Shown here piece by piece: positions 45,613 to 54,708 of a stretch of DNA of 64,000 nucleotides (positions are counted from its first letter, which is position 1; each line of letters starts with the position of its first letter). This stretch comes from an uncultured Acidobacteriota bacterium. Lineage in GTDB: Bacteria; Acidobacteriota; Thermoanaerobaculia; Multivoradales; Multivoraceae. Where the stretch lies: the NCBI GenBank assembly GCA_963851415.1, contig CAWKPF010000002.1:2374526-2438525 (forward strand), in the 5' to 3' direction. Under the pieces are notes generated by a model, which had not been told where the DNA came from, made no database searches, and was given only the letters and a program-made list of their open reading frames with translations. Made by a program: the position numbers and the translations under genes.

Positions 45613-47292
45613 ATGAGCACCTCGCCGAAGAGCCCTCTACTCGCCCTTTCGATCCTCGCCGCTGCCTGCGCTCCGGCCGAAGACACGGCCATCGGCACCG
45701 ACACGGGTGAGACCACGACCGCGATCGAGGTGATCTCCGACCAGGGAGAAGCTCTGGGATTCGTTGCCTTCCCTACCTCCTGCACGGAGGCTGCGCAGGT
45801 GGAGATCGAGCGCGGACTCGCCCTCCTCCACCACATGAACTACGTCAACGCCGAGCCCGTATTCCTGCGGGCTGCCGAGCTCGATCCCGAGTGCGCAATC
45901 GCCTACTGGGGTGCCGCGATGACCTACGTCCACCCGCTCTGGCCCGACACCATCTCTCCCGAGAATCGCGAAGCGGGCGAAGCCCTGCTCGCGCGCGCCG
46001 AGACCGCGGCGAACAAGAGCTCCCGAGAGGCCAAGTACGTGGCCGCACTCCAGGGCTACTACGAGGGAGCCGAGCGCAGCGAGCGCGAGCGCCTGGCGAG
46101 CTACCTCGCCGGCTACATGGTGCTGCACGCCGAGTACCCCGACGATCCGGAAGCGGCAGCATTCCACGCGCTGGGGCTGCTGGCGAATGCGCCGGCCGAA
46201 GACAAGACGTACGCGCTGCAGTCGGAAGCGGGTGAGATCCTCGAAGGTCTGCTCGCCCAGGTGCCGAAACACCCGGGCGGCCACCACTACACGATTCACG
46301 CCTACGACTTTCCGCCGCTCGCCGAACGCGCCCTCGACATTGCCCGCCGCTACGATGATCTGGCTCCGGAGAACACGCACGCGCTCCACATGACGAGTCA
46401 CATCTTCACGCGCCTCGGGCTGTGGCCAGAGTCGATCGAGTTCAACCTCCGTGCCGCCGAGGCCTCGAAGAAGCGCACCGCCTCGGGTCAGGTCTCGCTG
46501 CATCACCTGCACGCCTACGACTACCTGGCATACGCCTACCTGCAGCAGGCGCGCGACAACGCGGCCAACGAAGTGCTCGCCAAGCTCGAGGCACTCGAGC
46601 CACCCTTCCAGAATCACTCCGCCACCGCCTACACGTTTGCCGCGGTTCCCGCTCGGCTGGCACTCGAACGTCACGACTGGGCGAAGGCCGCGCAGGTCGA
46701 GACTCGGTGGCCGAGCGAGCTCGAGTGGGACCAGTACCCCTATCTCGACGCGATCCCGTACTTCGCCCGCGCCATGGGCGCAGCCCGCACCGGCAAACCC
46801 GACGCAGCTCGCCTGGCGATCGCCGAGCTCGGCCGACTCGAAGAAGCCGCCGGCAGTCTCGATATCGCCTACGACTGGGCGATCCAGGTGGCGATCCAGA
46901 AGACCGCGGCGCAGGCGTGGCTGGCCTACGAGTCGGGCGACGTCGAAGGCGGACTCGAGTTGGCGCGCAAGGCGGCGGCGATGGAAGGCTCGACCGAGAA
47001 GAACCCGGTGACGCCGGGCGAGGTCCTGCCCGCCCGCGAGCTCTACGGAGACATGCTGCTCGAGGCCGGACGGTACGAGGAGGCGGTGGCCGCCTACGAG
47101 CGGTCCCTCGAGCGCTCGCCCAACCGATTCAACAGCCTCTACGGCGCCGGCCGGGCCGCCGAGCTGGACGGCAACGTTGAAGGGGCGGCGCAGTTCTACG
47201 CTCAGTTGATCGAGGTTGCCGCCACGTCGGACAGCGACCGCGAAGAGCTCGAGCACGCGCATCAGTTTGTCGAGACCGCGTCGGCGGCCTGA
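45613..47292 (+). CDS. TPR-repeat lipoprotein, unknown function
   Basis: Signal/lipobox LLALSILAAACAP; GGAGG 7 nt upstream of the ATG at 45613. Several TPR-like helical pairs (e.g. …YEEAVAAYERSLERSPNRFNSLYGAGRAAELDGNVEGAAQFY…). Confidence 0.55.
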   Translation: MSTSPKSPLLALSILAAACAPAEDTAIGTDTGETTTAIEVISDQGEALGFVAFPTSCTEAAQVEIERGLALLHHMNYVNAEPVFLRAAELDPECAIAYWGAAMTYVHPLWPDTISPENREAGEALLARAETAANKSSREAKYVAALQGYYEGAERSERERLASYLAGYMVLHAEYPDDPEAAAFHALGLLANAPAEDKTYALQSEAGEILEGLLAQVPKHPGGHHYTIHAYDFPPLAERALDIARRYDDLAPENTHALHMTSHIFTRLGLWPESIEFNLRAAEASKKRTASGQVSLHHLHAYDYLAYAYLQQARDNAANEVLAKLEALEPPFQNHSATAYTFAAVPARLALERHDWAKAAQVETRWPSELEWDQYPYLDAIPYFARAMGAARTGKPDAARLAIAELGRLEEAAGSLDIAYDWAIQVAIQKTAAQAWLAYESGDVEGGLELARKAAAMEGSTEKNPVTPGEVLPARELYGDMLLEAGRYEEAVAAYERSLERSPNRFNSLYGAGRAAELDGNVEGAAQFYAQLIEVAATSDSDREELEHAHQFVETASAA

Positions 47293-47444
47293 GCGAGCGG
47301 CCCGTCGGGCGAGGGGTGCCGGCATCGGTTTCAGATCCGAGCCGTCGAGTCTGCAAACTCTTCAGGTGGCGCATCGCCCAAGCAGCTGTGTGGGCGGACG
47401 TGGTTATCGTCGGCATGTAGCCCACTCGTCGAGTGGGTGCTACC

Positions 47445-48179
47445 TCATGGCATCTGCCCGAGCAGGCCATCGACATCCTCTCTGATCGCCTCCGCCCACA
47501 GCTCGTAGCCGCGCTCGTTGAGGTGGAGGTAGTCGGGCATGAGGTCGGGGGAGGTGGTGCCGCCCTCGGTCAAGAAGACCTCACCGATGTCGAGGTAGTG
47601 AACCATCGATCCGTCTGCGAGCTCGACGAGCAATCGATTCGCGGCCTCGTTGTTGTGACGGAAGGGATCATCGCGCTCGCGGCCTCGCGGAAAGATGCCC
47701 AGAAGCAGGATCTTCGTTCCCGGGAGTCGCTCGCGCAGCTCACGCACGATCGCTTCGACCCCGTCCGCGATCTCCTGTGGTCCGTCCTTGCCGTGCTCGG
47801 AGTCGTTGGTGCCGATCAGCAGGACGATCAGCTTCGGCTCCAGACCGTCGAGGTGGCCCTGCTGGAGGCGCCACAGGACGTTCTCCGTCTGTTCCCAACC
47901 GACGCCGAGATTGAGCGCGCGGAGATGCCCGTAGTGCCGCTGCCACACCCGCTGACCGGCGGTTTCCCATTGGGCTGTGATCGAGTCGCCGAGAAACACG
48001 AGATCGGCCTCGGCCCCGCGAGCCCTCTCGACGAGCGCTTCGACTCGCTCCGGCTCGTGGCGGTTCGGCGCCGGCACTCCCGCACCGGGATCGGACGGGC
48101 GCTGACAGCCTCCGGCCATCAGGAGGATCGTCACGACCGTCGGCACCAGAGTGAGGCGACACGGCAAGAGCTTCTTCAC
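47445..48179 (-). CDS. SGNH/GDSL-family hydrolase lipoprotein
   Basis: Block I LVFLGDSIT, block III LLIGTNDS, block V DYLHLNERGY (DxxH). GTG start VKKLLPCRL with lipobox-like LMAGGC. Confidence 0.7.
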   Translation of the reverse strand: MKKLLPCRLTLVPTVVTILLMAGGCQRPSDPGAGVPAPNRHEPERVEALVERARGAEADLVFLGDSITAQWETAGQRVWQRHYGHLRALNLGVGWEQTENVLWRLQQGHLDGLEPKLIVLLIGTNDSEHGKDGPQEIADGVEAIVRELRERLPGTKILLLGIFPRGRERDDPFRHNNEAANRLLVELADGSMVHYLDIGEVFLTEGGTTSPDLMPDYLHLNERGYELWAEAIREDVDGLLGQMP

Positions 48180-48424
48180 TCTCGCGAGACTATGGCACCG
48201 GTCGCCGTCAGGGCAGCAAGGCGAACACGCCGGTGCACGGGAGTCTTCCGCCGGAACGCTGATTCTCTTCAACAATGCCATGCTCCACTTCGGTGGGAGA
48301 GTCGAGCCGGGAAGAGACCGACTGGTCGCGCGGGTCAGCTACCTCGAGTGACCTCGCTCACCTTTCTTTGGCCCCGCGAGGACGACGAGGCGAGCGCAGG
48401 GGCGGGCGGGCGGGCTCGCTCGCT

Positions 48425-48647
48425 CTCGAGCTCGTTGCCGAGATCCTCGGTGATGACGCGGCCATCGGTGAAAAGGCCGATGTCTCCGAGCATCGCCCTG
48501 CGGCGATCACCGAAGCCGGGAGCCGTGACCGCGACGACCTGCAGGATGCCACGCAGCCTGTTTGACCACGAGGGTGGCGAGAGCCTCGCCCTCAACGTCC
48601 TCGGCGAGGATCGCGACGGGACAACCCTGCTTGGCGACCTGCTCGCC
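48425..48647 (-). pseudogene. groEL: orphan internal fragment of a groEL (Hsp60) gene (apical-domain region, about 75 codons) with one frameshift
   Basis: Frame a: …[29 protein letters not shown]. Frame b: [43 protein letters not shown]. Compare E. coli GroEL …[69 protein letters not shown]. No N- or C-terminal GroEL sequence flanks it. Confidence 0.6.
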
Positions 48648-48896
48648 TGATGCGCAACGAGCCGTGGTACGCGCAGCGAGCGGGGCAAGATCCGGCCAGG
48701 AGATGGGTGAGTCTCCGCTCGAGAGGATCCGACGCACGGGTCCCGCTAAAAGGTATACGAATCCGGTGGTCTGAGCTCCAATCCATGGATTCTCGTCTGC
48801 GATCTCGGGCGCGCGGGATGAAGATGGCCTGCTTCCTCATCCAGACCGCCGAGATCCGAATCCGGCTCGGGGCTAGGCCCGTCCGACACTCTTTGT

Positions 48897-51461
48897 TTGG
48901 TGCCCATGTCACTCGATCAGACAGCCGCCGGCGCGAGCGGCCGCGAACCCGCTACGAAAACGAGCTTTCCCCGATACCTGGCGCTGGGCTTCCAGCTCGG
49001 GTTGTTTCTGATCCTGGTCTATCGATTCAACATCGACAGCCGGGCATTTCTGCATGTCGGGATCCTCGCCTTCTTCGGCTTCGCGGTTCACTACTTGCTT
49101 CCCTTCCGATTTCGGCTCCCGTTCTTCCTCTTTCTCTCGCTGATCTCGATCGAGCTGGTGCTGGGGTTTCAAGGGGAGAGATGGTCGCTCCCTGGGCTCG
49201 TGCAGGGGGCTTGGATCATCGGGATCGGTCTCGCTCTGATCGGTCTGGCTCACCTGCCGATCGCGTTCTCCATCCGAGTCGGATTGGTAGCGGCAGTGGC
49301 GGTCGTCCTCGCTTTTCTGCGCGCCAGCGACCTGGCCCTGCCATGGTCGACATCGATCTGGCCGATTCTGGCCTCGATGTTCATGTTCCGGCTGATCGTC
49401 TACATGTACGACCTCCGCCACGAGAAGTCGCCGGCGTCGTGGTCGACGCGCCTGTCGTACTTCTTCATGCTGCCCAACGTCTGCTTCCCGCTCTACCCGG
49501 TGGTCGACTATCAGGCATTTCGGCGCACCTACTACGACAAAGCGGACCGACACCAGATCTACCAGGTCGGAGTGAAGTGGATGGTGCGCGGAGTCGTGCA
49601 CCTGTTGCTCTATCGGCTGGTCTACCAGAATCTGGTCCTCGATGCCGACGACGTGAAAACCGCGGGAGATCTCCTGCAGTATCTGTTCTGGCCCTTCCTG
49701 CTGTACCTCCGGGTCTCGGGCTACTTCCACATCATTGTCGGGATGCTGCACCTGTTCGGCTTCAATCTGGCCGAGACCCACCATCTCTACTATCTGGCTT
49801 CGAGCTTCACCGACTTCTGGCGCCGCATCAACATTCCGTGGAAGGACTTCATGATGAAGATCTTCTACTACCCGGTGTACTTGAGGATCAAGAGTTGGGG
49901 AAGCACGACCGCCCTCGTGGTCACCACTCTGTTCGTCTTTCTGATGACGTGGATCCTCCATGCCTATCAGTGGTTCTGGATCCGCGGCACGTTCCTGCTC
50001 ACCTGGAACGATGGGCTGTTCTGGGCTGCTCTGGGACTGTTGGTCGTAGGGGCATCTCTGTACGAGGTGAAGTACGGTCGCAAACGCCGACTCGCGGGAA
50101 GCTCGATGTCGTGGCGTGAGGCGATGCCGATCGCACTGGGCGCGATCGTGGTGTATTGCACCATCTCCTTGCTGTGGTCCTTCTGGAGCGCTCACTCGGT
50201 CGGAGAGTGGTTGTCGGCATGGCGAGCTCTAGGGCATTGGGAGCTGTCCGATCTTCCGGCCGTCGTCATCGGTCTGGCCGTTCTCACGGCGATCGGAGTC
50301 GGCTCCGCGATGGATGCGCGGGGGGTCATCGAGCGCCCTTTCAGCTTTTCGAGGTCCTTCGCCGGAGTGGTCGCGGGGGCCGCGATCCTGCTCGGGATGA
50401 CGCTGCCCGTGGTGACGGAGGGACTGTCTCCCCGCGGCCGAGAGATCGTTACCGATCTCAGGGCCTCAGAGCTCAACTCGCGAGATTTCGAGAAGCTCGA
50501 GCGCGGCTACTACGAGAACCTGATCGATGTCGGGAGCTTCAATCCGGAGCTCTGGGAGGTGTATCGGACGCGGCCCGCTGATTGGCGCAATCTCCGCGAC
50601 ACGGACGCCGTGTTCTACACGGACGGATTTCCGTGGTACGAACTGCGGCCCGATAGCGAGACCCGCCACAACGGCGCCCTGGTGCGGACCAATCGGTGGG
50701 GGATGCGCGATCGCGACTACGAGAAGGTGCCCGCGGAAGGGGTCACGCGAATCGCTATCGTCGGAAGCTCGTTCGTGTTCGGCTCGGGGGTCGAGAACGA
50801 AGAGATCTTCGAGAGTCTGCTCGAGACGCGTCTGAACTCCTCCCGCAGCTCGAGTGAGGTTGCCTACGAAGTGCTCAACTTCGGTGTTGCCGGCTACGCT
50901 CCCCTCGAGCATCTGGAGGTGATCAAGGAGCGAGCCCTCGAGTTCGAGCCGGAGGTCCTCCTGTACGTGGAGCATGCCGATAGCGGGAACAACGTCGTGA
51001 TCCAACTGGTCGCGACGATGCAACGGGGGATCCGGCCCGCCTACGACTATCTCGACGACATCATTGCCCGGGCCGGGATCGACGAAACGACGATCGATCA
51101 ATCGAGCGATCCGAACGTTCTCAAGGCGAAGTTGGGCCCCTACCAGGAGGAGTTGCTTGCCGGGCTCTATCAGCGGATGGTCGAGGCCTGTCGCGAAGAC
51201 GGTGTCACCCCCGTGTGGGTCTACCTCCCTCGACCGGAAGAGACCGAGCGGGGCGGACCGCCCGAGCCCGAGACGCGGCTCGCTCGCGAGGCTGGATTCG
51301 AGTTGCTCGACCTGACGGGTGTCTACGGGGAGGGAGATCTCGGGGAGCTCTGGATCGCCCGCTGGGATCACCATCCGAATGCCGAGGGTCACCGGCGGAT
51401 CGCCGAGGGTCTCTACCGAATGCTCGAGGAGAGGGAGCTGCTCGATTCGGTCGAGCAGTGA
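48897..51461 (+). CDS. MBOAT-family membrane O-acyltransferase (DltB/AlgI-like) fused to a C-terminal periplasmic SGNH-like (DltD/AlgJ/AlgX-like) domain
   Basis: About 11 TM helices. FTDFWRRINIPWKDFMMKIFYYPVYL aligns with the AlgI/DltB FWRRWHISLSxWxRDYxY motif (His not obviously conserved at that position). C-terminal 380 aa are soluble with IAIVGSSFVFGSGVENEE… (SGNH block-I-like) and …WDHHPNAEGHRRIAEGLY (DxxH-like). Confidence 0.7.
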   Translation: MVPMSLDQTAAGASGREPATKTSFPRYLALGFQLGLFLILVYRFNIDSRAFLHVGILAFFGFAVHYLLPFRFRLPFFLFLSLISIELVLGFQGERWSLPGLVQGAWIIGIGLALIGLAHLPIAFSIRVGLVAAVAVVLAFLRASDLALPWSTSIWPILASMFMFRLIVYMYDLRHEKSPASWSTRLSYFFMLPNVCFPLYPVVDYQAFRRTYYDKADRHQIYQVGVKWMVRGVVHLLLYRLVYQNLVLDADDVKTAGDLLQYLFWPFLLYLRVSGYFHIIVGMLHLFGFNLAETHHLYYLASSFTDFWRRINIPWKDFMMKIFYYPVYLRIKSWGSTTALVVTTLFVFLMTWILHAYQWFWIRGTFLLTWNDGLFWAALGLLVVGASLYEVKYGRKRRLAGSSMSWREAMPIALGAIVVYCTISLLWSFWSAHSVGEWLSAWRALGHWELSDLPAVVIGLAVLTAIGVGSAMDARGVIERPFSFSRSFAGVVAGAAILLGMTLPVVTEGLSPRGREIVTDLRASELNSRDFEKLERGYYENLIDVGSFNPELWEVYRTRPADWRNLRDTDAVFYTDGFPWYELRPDSETRHNGALVRTNRWGMRDRDYEKVPAEGVTRIAIVGSSFVFGSGVENEEIFESLLETRLNSSRSSSEVAYEVLNFGVAGYAPLEHLEVIKERALEFEPEVLLYVEHADSGNNVVIQLVATMQRGIRPAYDYLDDIIARAGIDETTIDQSSDPNVLKAKLGPYQEELLAGLYQRMVEACREDGVTPVWVYLPRPEETERGGPPEPETRLAREAGFELLDLTGVYGEGDLGELWIARWDHHPNAEGHRRIAEGLYRMLEERELLDSVEQ

Positions 51462-51524
51462 GGACTTGGTTCGTACCTGAGCGAAGCAGAACGTTCGAAT
51501 TCAAAACGCAGCGAAGGAGTCAGA

Positions 51525-51794
51525 ATGTCAAATGCGCAGACGACCGTTCACCAGAAGGTGAAAGACTTCATCCTCAAGGAGTTCCTCCCCGGTGAGAGCC
51601 CCGAGAACCTGACCGACGATACTCCGCTGGTTACCGGGGGGATTCTCGATTCTCTCGCGACCCTCAAACTGGTCGCGTTTCTCGAGGAGACCCAGGGGAT
51701 CAAGGTCGAAGCTCACGAGATGGGCGCCGACAACTTCGATTCCGTGAACACGATCGCCGCGTACGTGGGCTCCAAGTCCGAGGCCGCTGGGTAA
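51525..51794 (+). CDS. D-alanyl-carrier-protein (DltC)-like small carrier protein
   Basis: 89 aa; GGILDSLATLKLVAFLEE matches the DltC phosphopantetheine-attachment motif GLLDSFGTVELL. Confidence 0.75.
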   Translation: MSNAQTTVHQKVKDFILKEFLPGESPENLTDDTPLVTGGILDSLATLKLVAFLEETQGIKVEAHEMGADNFDSVNTIAAYVGSKSEAAG

Positions 51795-51803
51795 ACCTCC
51801 ATC

Positions 51804-53366
51804 GTGCCGAAGAACGGACTTCATCGCCCGCTTTCGCTGTCTGCGCAGCGTGTTCCCGACCGGCTGGCTGTCTCGGATCCGAGTCGGGGCCGGACGATCA
51901 GCTACAAGGAGTTGGACTCTCTCTCCGATCGTCTGCGCGACCGGCTGCGGGCGATCGGCGTCGTGCCTGGGGACCGGGTCGGAATCTGCCTGGGCAAATC
52001 GATCAGCAGCGTCGCCTCGGTGTTCGGAATCCTCAAGGCCGGCGGCGGCTATGTGCCGGTCGACTCCACGGCTCCGCCAGAGCGCAACGCGTTCGTCTTC
52101 AGCAACTGCGAGGTCGCGGCGGTGCTCGTGGAGGAGCGTTTCGAGGAGGCACTACGGCAGGAGCTTTCGACAGCGGGGAGCACGCCTCCGTTGTTGGTGC
52201 TTCAGACCGAGACGGAAGAGGACCCCCTGCGGGCAGCTCTCGACCGGGCGGACCAGGAGAGTGCGGCCGAGCCCGTGCCTACGTTCGAGGCCGAGCCCGG
52301 CGACCTGGCCTACATCCTCTATACCTCGGGTTCGACGGGAAAGCCGAAGGGCGTGACTCTGTCGCATGAGAACGCGACCTCTTTCGTCGAATGGTGCTCA
52401 GAGGTCTTCTCGCCTCGTGAAGACGATCGGTTTTCCTCGCATGCGCCTTTTCACTTCGACCTCTCGATCCTCGATCTCTACCTTCCGATTCGACACGGCG
52501 CCTCCATCCACCTGATCGGCGAGCAGCTCGGAAAGAACCCGGCGGGCATGGTGCAGCTCCTGTCAGAGGCCGACCTGACGGTCTGGTACTCGACCCCTTC
52601 CGTGCTCAGATTGATGCTCGAGCATGGAGGTCTGGCGGATCTCGAGAGCCACTCTCTTCGCTACGTGCTCTACGCTGGCGAGGTCTTTCCGGTCAAGCAC
52701 CTCAGAGAGCTGGCGAGAGTCGTCACGGGGCCTCGCTATTTCAACCTCTACGGCCCGACGGAGACCAACGTCTGTACCTATCACGAGACACCTGCGATCG
52801 TGCCTGATGAGCGTTCGAAGCCCTATCCGATCGGCAGGGTTTGCTCCCACCTGCGGGCGCGAGTGGCCGACGAGGACGGGAAGCCCGTTGCCGTTGGCGA
52901 AGAGGGAGAGCTCCAGATCTCGGGCCCAGCGGTCTTGCAGGGGTACTGGAACCAGCCGGAACGGACCGCCGCCGCTTTCATCGAGGACGACACGGGAAGG
53001 TGGTACCGGACGGGTGACCTCGTCATCGAAGACGAAGAGCGGGTCTACACCTTCGTGGGGCGACGGGATCGTATGGTGAAGCGGCGCGGGTACCGCATCG
53101 AATTGGGCGAGATCGAGGCCGCCTTCTACCGGCATCCCGAGATCTCCGAGGCCGCAGCGGTGGCGGTGTCGGATCAAGAGGGGGTCACCATCAAGACCTT
53201 CTACTCGACCCGCGAGGGCACACCGCTCTCGATGATCGAGCTCAAGCGTTTCTGCGCGGCGCGTCTGCCGATGTACATGATCCCGGACCGGTTTACGCAC
53301 CTGGAGGTTCTCCCAAAGACCTCGACCGACAAGATCGACTATCAGCTTTTGAAAGAGGTCGAATAA
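51804..53366 (+). CDS. DltA-like adenylation enzyme (AMP-dependent synthetase/ligase, carrier-protein ligase)
   Basis: AMP-binding motif LAYILYTSGSTGKPKGV; YRTGDLV…; 520 aa, same length class as DltA or stand-alone NRPS A-domains. Start is 10 nt after the carrier gene. Confidence 0.8.
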   Translation: MPKNGLHRPLSLSAQRVPDRLAVSDPSRGRTISYKELDSLSDRLRDRLRAIGVVPGDRVGICLGKSISSVASVFGILKAGGGYVPVDSTAPPERNAFVFSNCEVAAVLVEERFEEALRQELSTAGSTPPLLVLQTETEEDPLRAALDRADQESAAEPVPTFEAEPGDLAYILYTSGSTGKPKGVTLSHENATSFVEWCSEVFSPREDDRFSSHAPFHFDLSILDLYLPIRHGASIHLIGEQLGKNPAGMVQLLSEADLTVWYSTPSVLRLMLEHGGLADLESHSLRYVLYAGEVFPVKHLRELARVVTGPRYFNLYGPTETNVCTYHETPAIVPDERSKPYPIGRVCSHLRARVADEDGKPVAVGEEGELQISGPAVLQGYWNQPERTAAAFIEDDTGRWYRTGDLVIEDEERVYTFVGRRDRMVKRRGYRIELGEIEAAFYRHPEISEAAAVAVSDQEGVTIKTFYSTREGTPLSMIELKRFCAARLPMYMIPDRFTHLEVLPKTSTDKIDYQLLKEVE

Positions 53367-54515
53367 ATGAACCTGGACTTGACCAAAGAACAAGTCGCCC
53401 TTGCGGGCGAGATTCGTCGTTTTGCTCGCGAAAGGCTCAATGAGGGTGTCCTCGAGCGCGATCGAGAGCAGACTTTCTCCCGAGAGCTCTGGAAGGAGTG
53501 CGGTGAGATGGGTTTGACCGGCCTTCCCGTTCCGATCGAGTACGGGGGGACCGGGTTGGATCCGCTGTCGACTGCCGTTGCGCTGGAGGCCTTGGGTCAC
53601 GGTTGCGAGGACTCCGGACTGGTCTTCTCCATCTGCGCCCATTTGCTCGCCTGCGCGGTGCCAATCTGGAAGTACGGGACCGACGAGCAGAAGGGCAGAT
53701 ACCTTCCGGGGCTTTGCGACGGAACCCTCATCGCGGCCAACGCGATGACCGAGCCCGACTCGGGCTCCGACGCCTTTGCACTCCGAACTCGTGCCGAGCG
53801 AGACGGCGACGGCTACCGGCTCAACGGCACCAAGATCTTCGTGACCAATGGCCCGGTGGCCGATCTGGCTCTGGTGTTCGCGGTGACGGACCCCGAGAAG
53901 GGTTATCACGGAGGCATCACTGCCTTCGTGGTGGATGCCGACACCGAGGGTTATCGCAAGGGCCAGCAGTTCGAGAAGCTCGGTCTGCGAACTTCTCCCA
54001 ACGGAGAGCTGTTCTTCGAAGACATGTATCTTCCCCCGACGGCGGTGCTCGGTGGCGAGGGAGGAGGATCCCAGGTCTTCGTCAGCGCGATGGAGTGGGA
54101 GCGAGGTTGCCTGTTCGCCAGCCACGTGGGCACCATGGAGCGGCTGCTCGAGAAGGCCATCGAGTATGCACGCACTCGGAAGCAGCAGGGCCAGACCATC
54201 TCGAAGTTCCAGGCCGTCTCCCACAAGATCTCGGACATGAAGATCCAACTCGAAGCGGCGCGACTGCTCACCTACAAGTCCGCATGGAACCTCGAGCGGT
54301 CGAGGAGGGTGTCTTTGGACGCTGCCATCTCGAAGACCTTCGTCAGCGAATCGTTGGTACGGAGCGCGCTCGACACCATTCAAGTGTTCGGGGGCTACGG
54401 GTTTCTCGCCGAATACGAGATCGAGCGCACCCTGCGCGACTCGGTGGGAAGCACGCTGTACTCGGGCACTTCGGAGATCCAACGCAACATCATTGCCGGC
54501 TGGCTCGGGCTGTAG
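53367..54515 (+). CDS. acyl-CoA dehydrogenase family flavoenzyme
   Basis: 382 aa with ACAD N/M/C domains (…GLTGLPVPIEYGGTGLD…, …AANAMTEPDSGSDAFALRT…, …QVFGGYGFLAEYEIERTLRDS…). Start ATG directly abuts the ligase stop (TAAATG). Confidence 0.85.
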   Translation: MNLDLTKEQVALAGEIRRFARERLNEGVLERDREQTFSRELWKECGEMGLTGLPVPIEYGGTGLDPLSTAVALEALGHGCEDSGLVFSICAHLLACAVPIWKYGTDEQKGRYLPGLCDGTLIAANAMTEPDSGSDAFALRTRAERDGDGYRLNGTKIFVTNGPVADLALVFAVTDPEKGYHGGITAFVVDADTEGYRKGQQFEKLGLRTSPNGELFFEDMYLPPTAVLGGEGGGSQVFVSAMEWERGCLFASHVGTMERLLEKAIEYARTRKQQGQTISKFQAVSHKISDMKIQLEAARLLTYKSAWNLERSRRVSLDAAISKTFVSESLVRSALDTIQVFGGYGFLAEYEIERTLRDSVGSTLYSGTSEIQRNIIAGWLGL

Positions 54516-54708
54516 GGGGTGGCAGGCAGGTAACTGGCCCCTGGTGCGATGTTGCGACGGTTCCAGATCGCCGGCGAAACGCTCGTCATATCTCGGTGGC
54601 CGAAGTCCGCTGGATGTCCGTCGGCAGGCGCACCGAATGGTGGCCGAGCTCGGCTAGTTCGGGGACCGACGGCTCAGAGCCCGCCGGCCTCCAACATGCC
54701 GAGCTCCT

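Noticed and set aside
48181-48200. Possible sigma-54 promoter (tggcaccggtcgccg) upstream of the GDSL lipoprotein/MBOAT region
   Set aside because: Has the -24 TGGCAC but lacks a TTGC -12 element at the right spacing.
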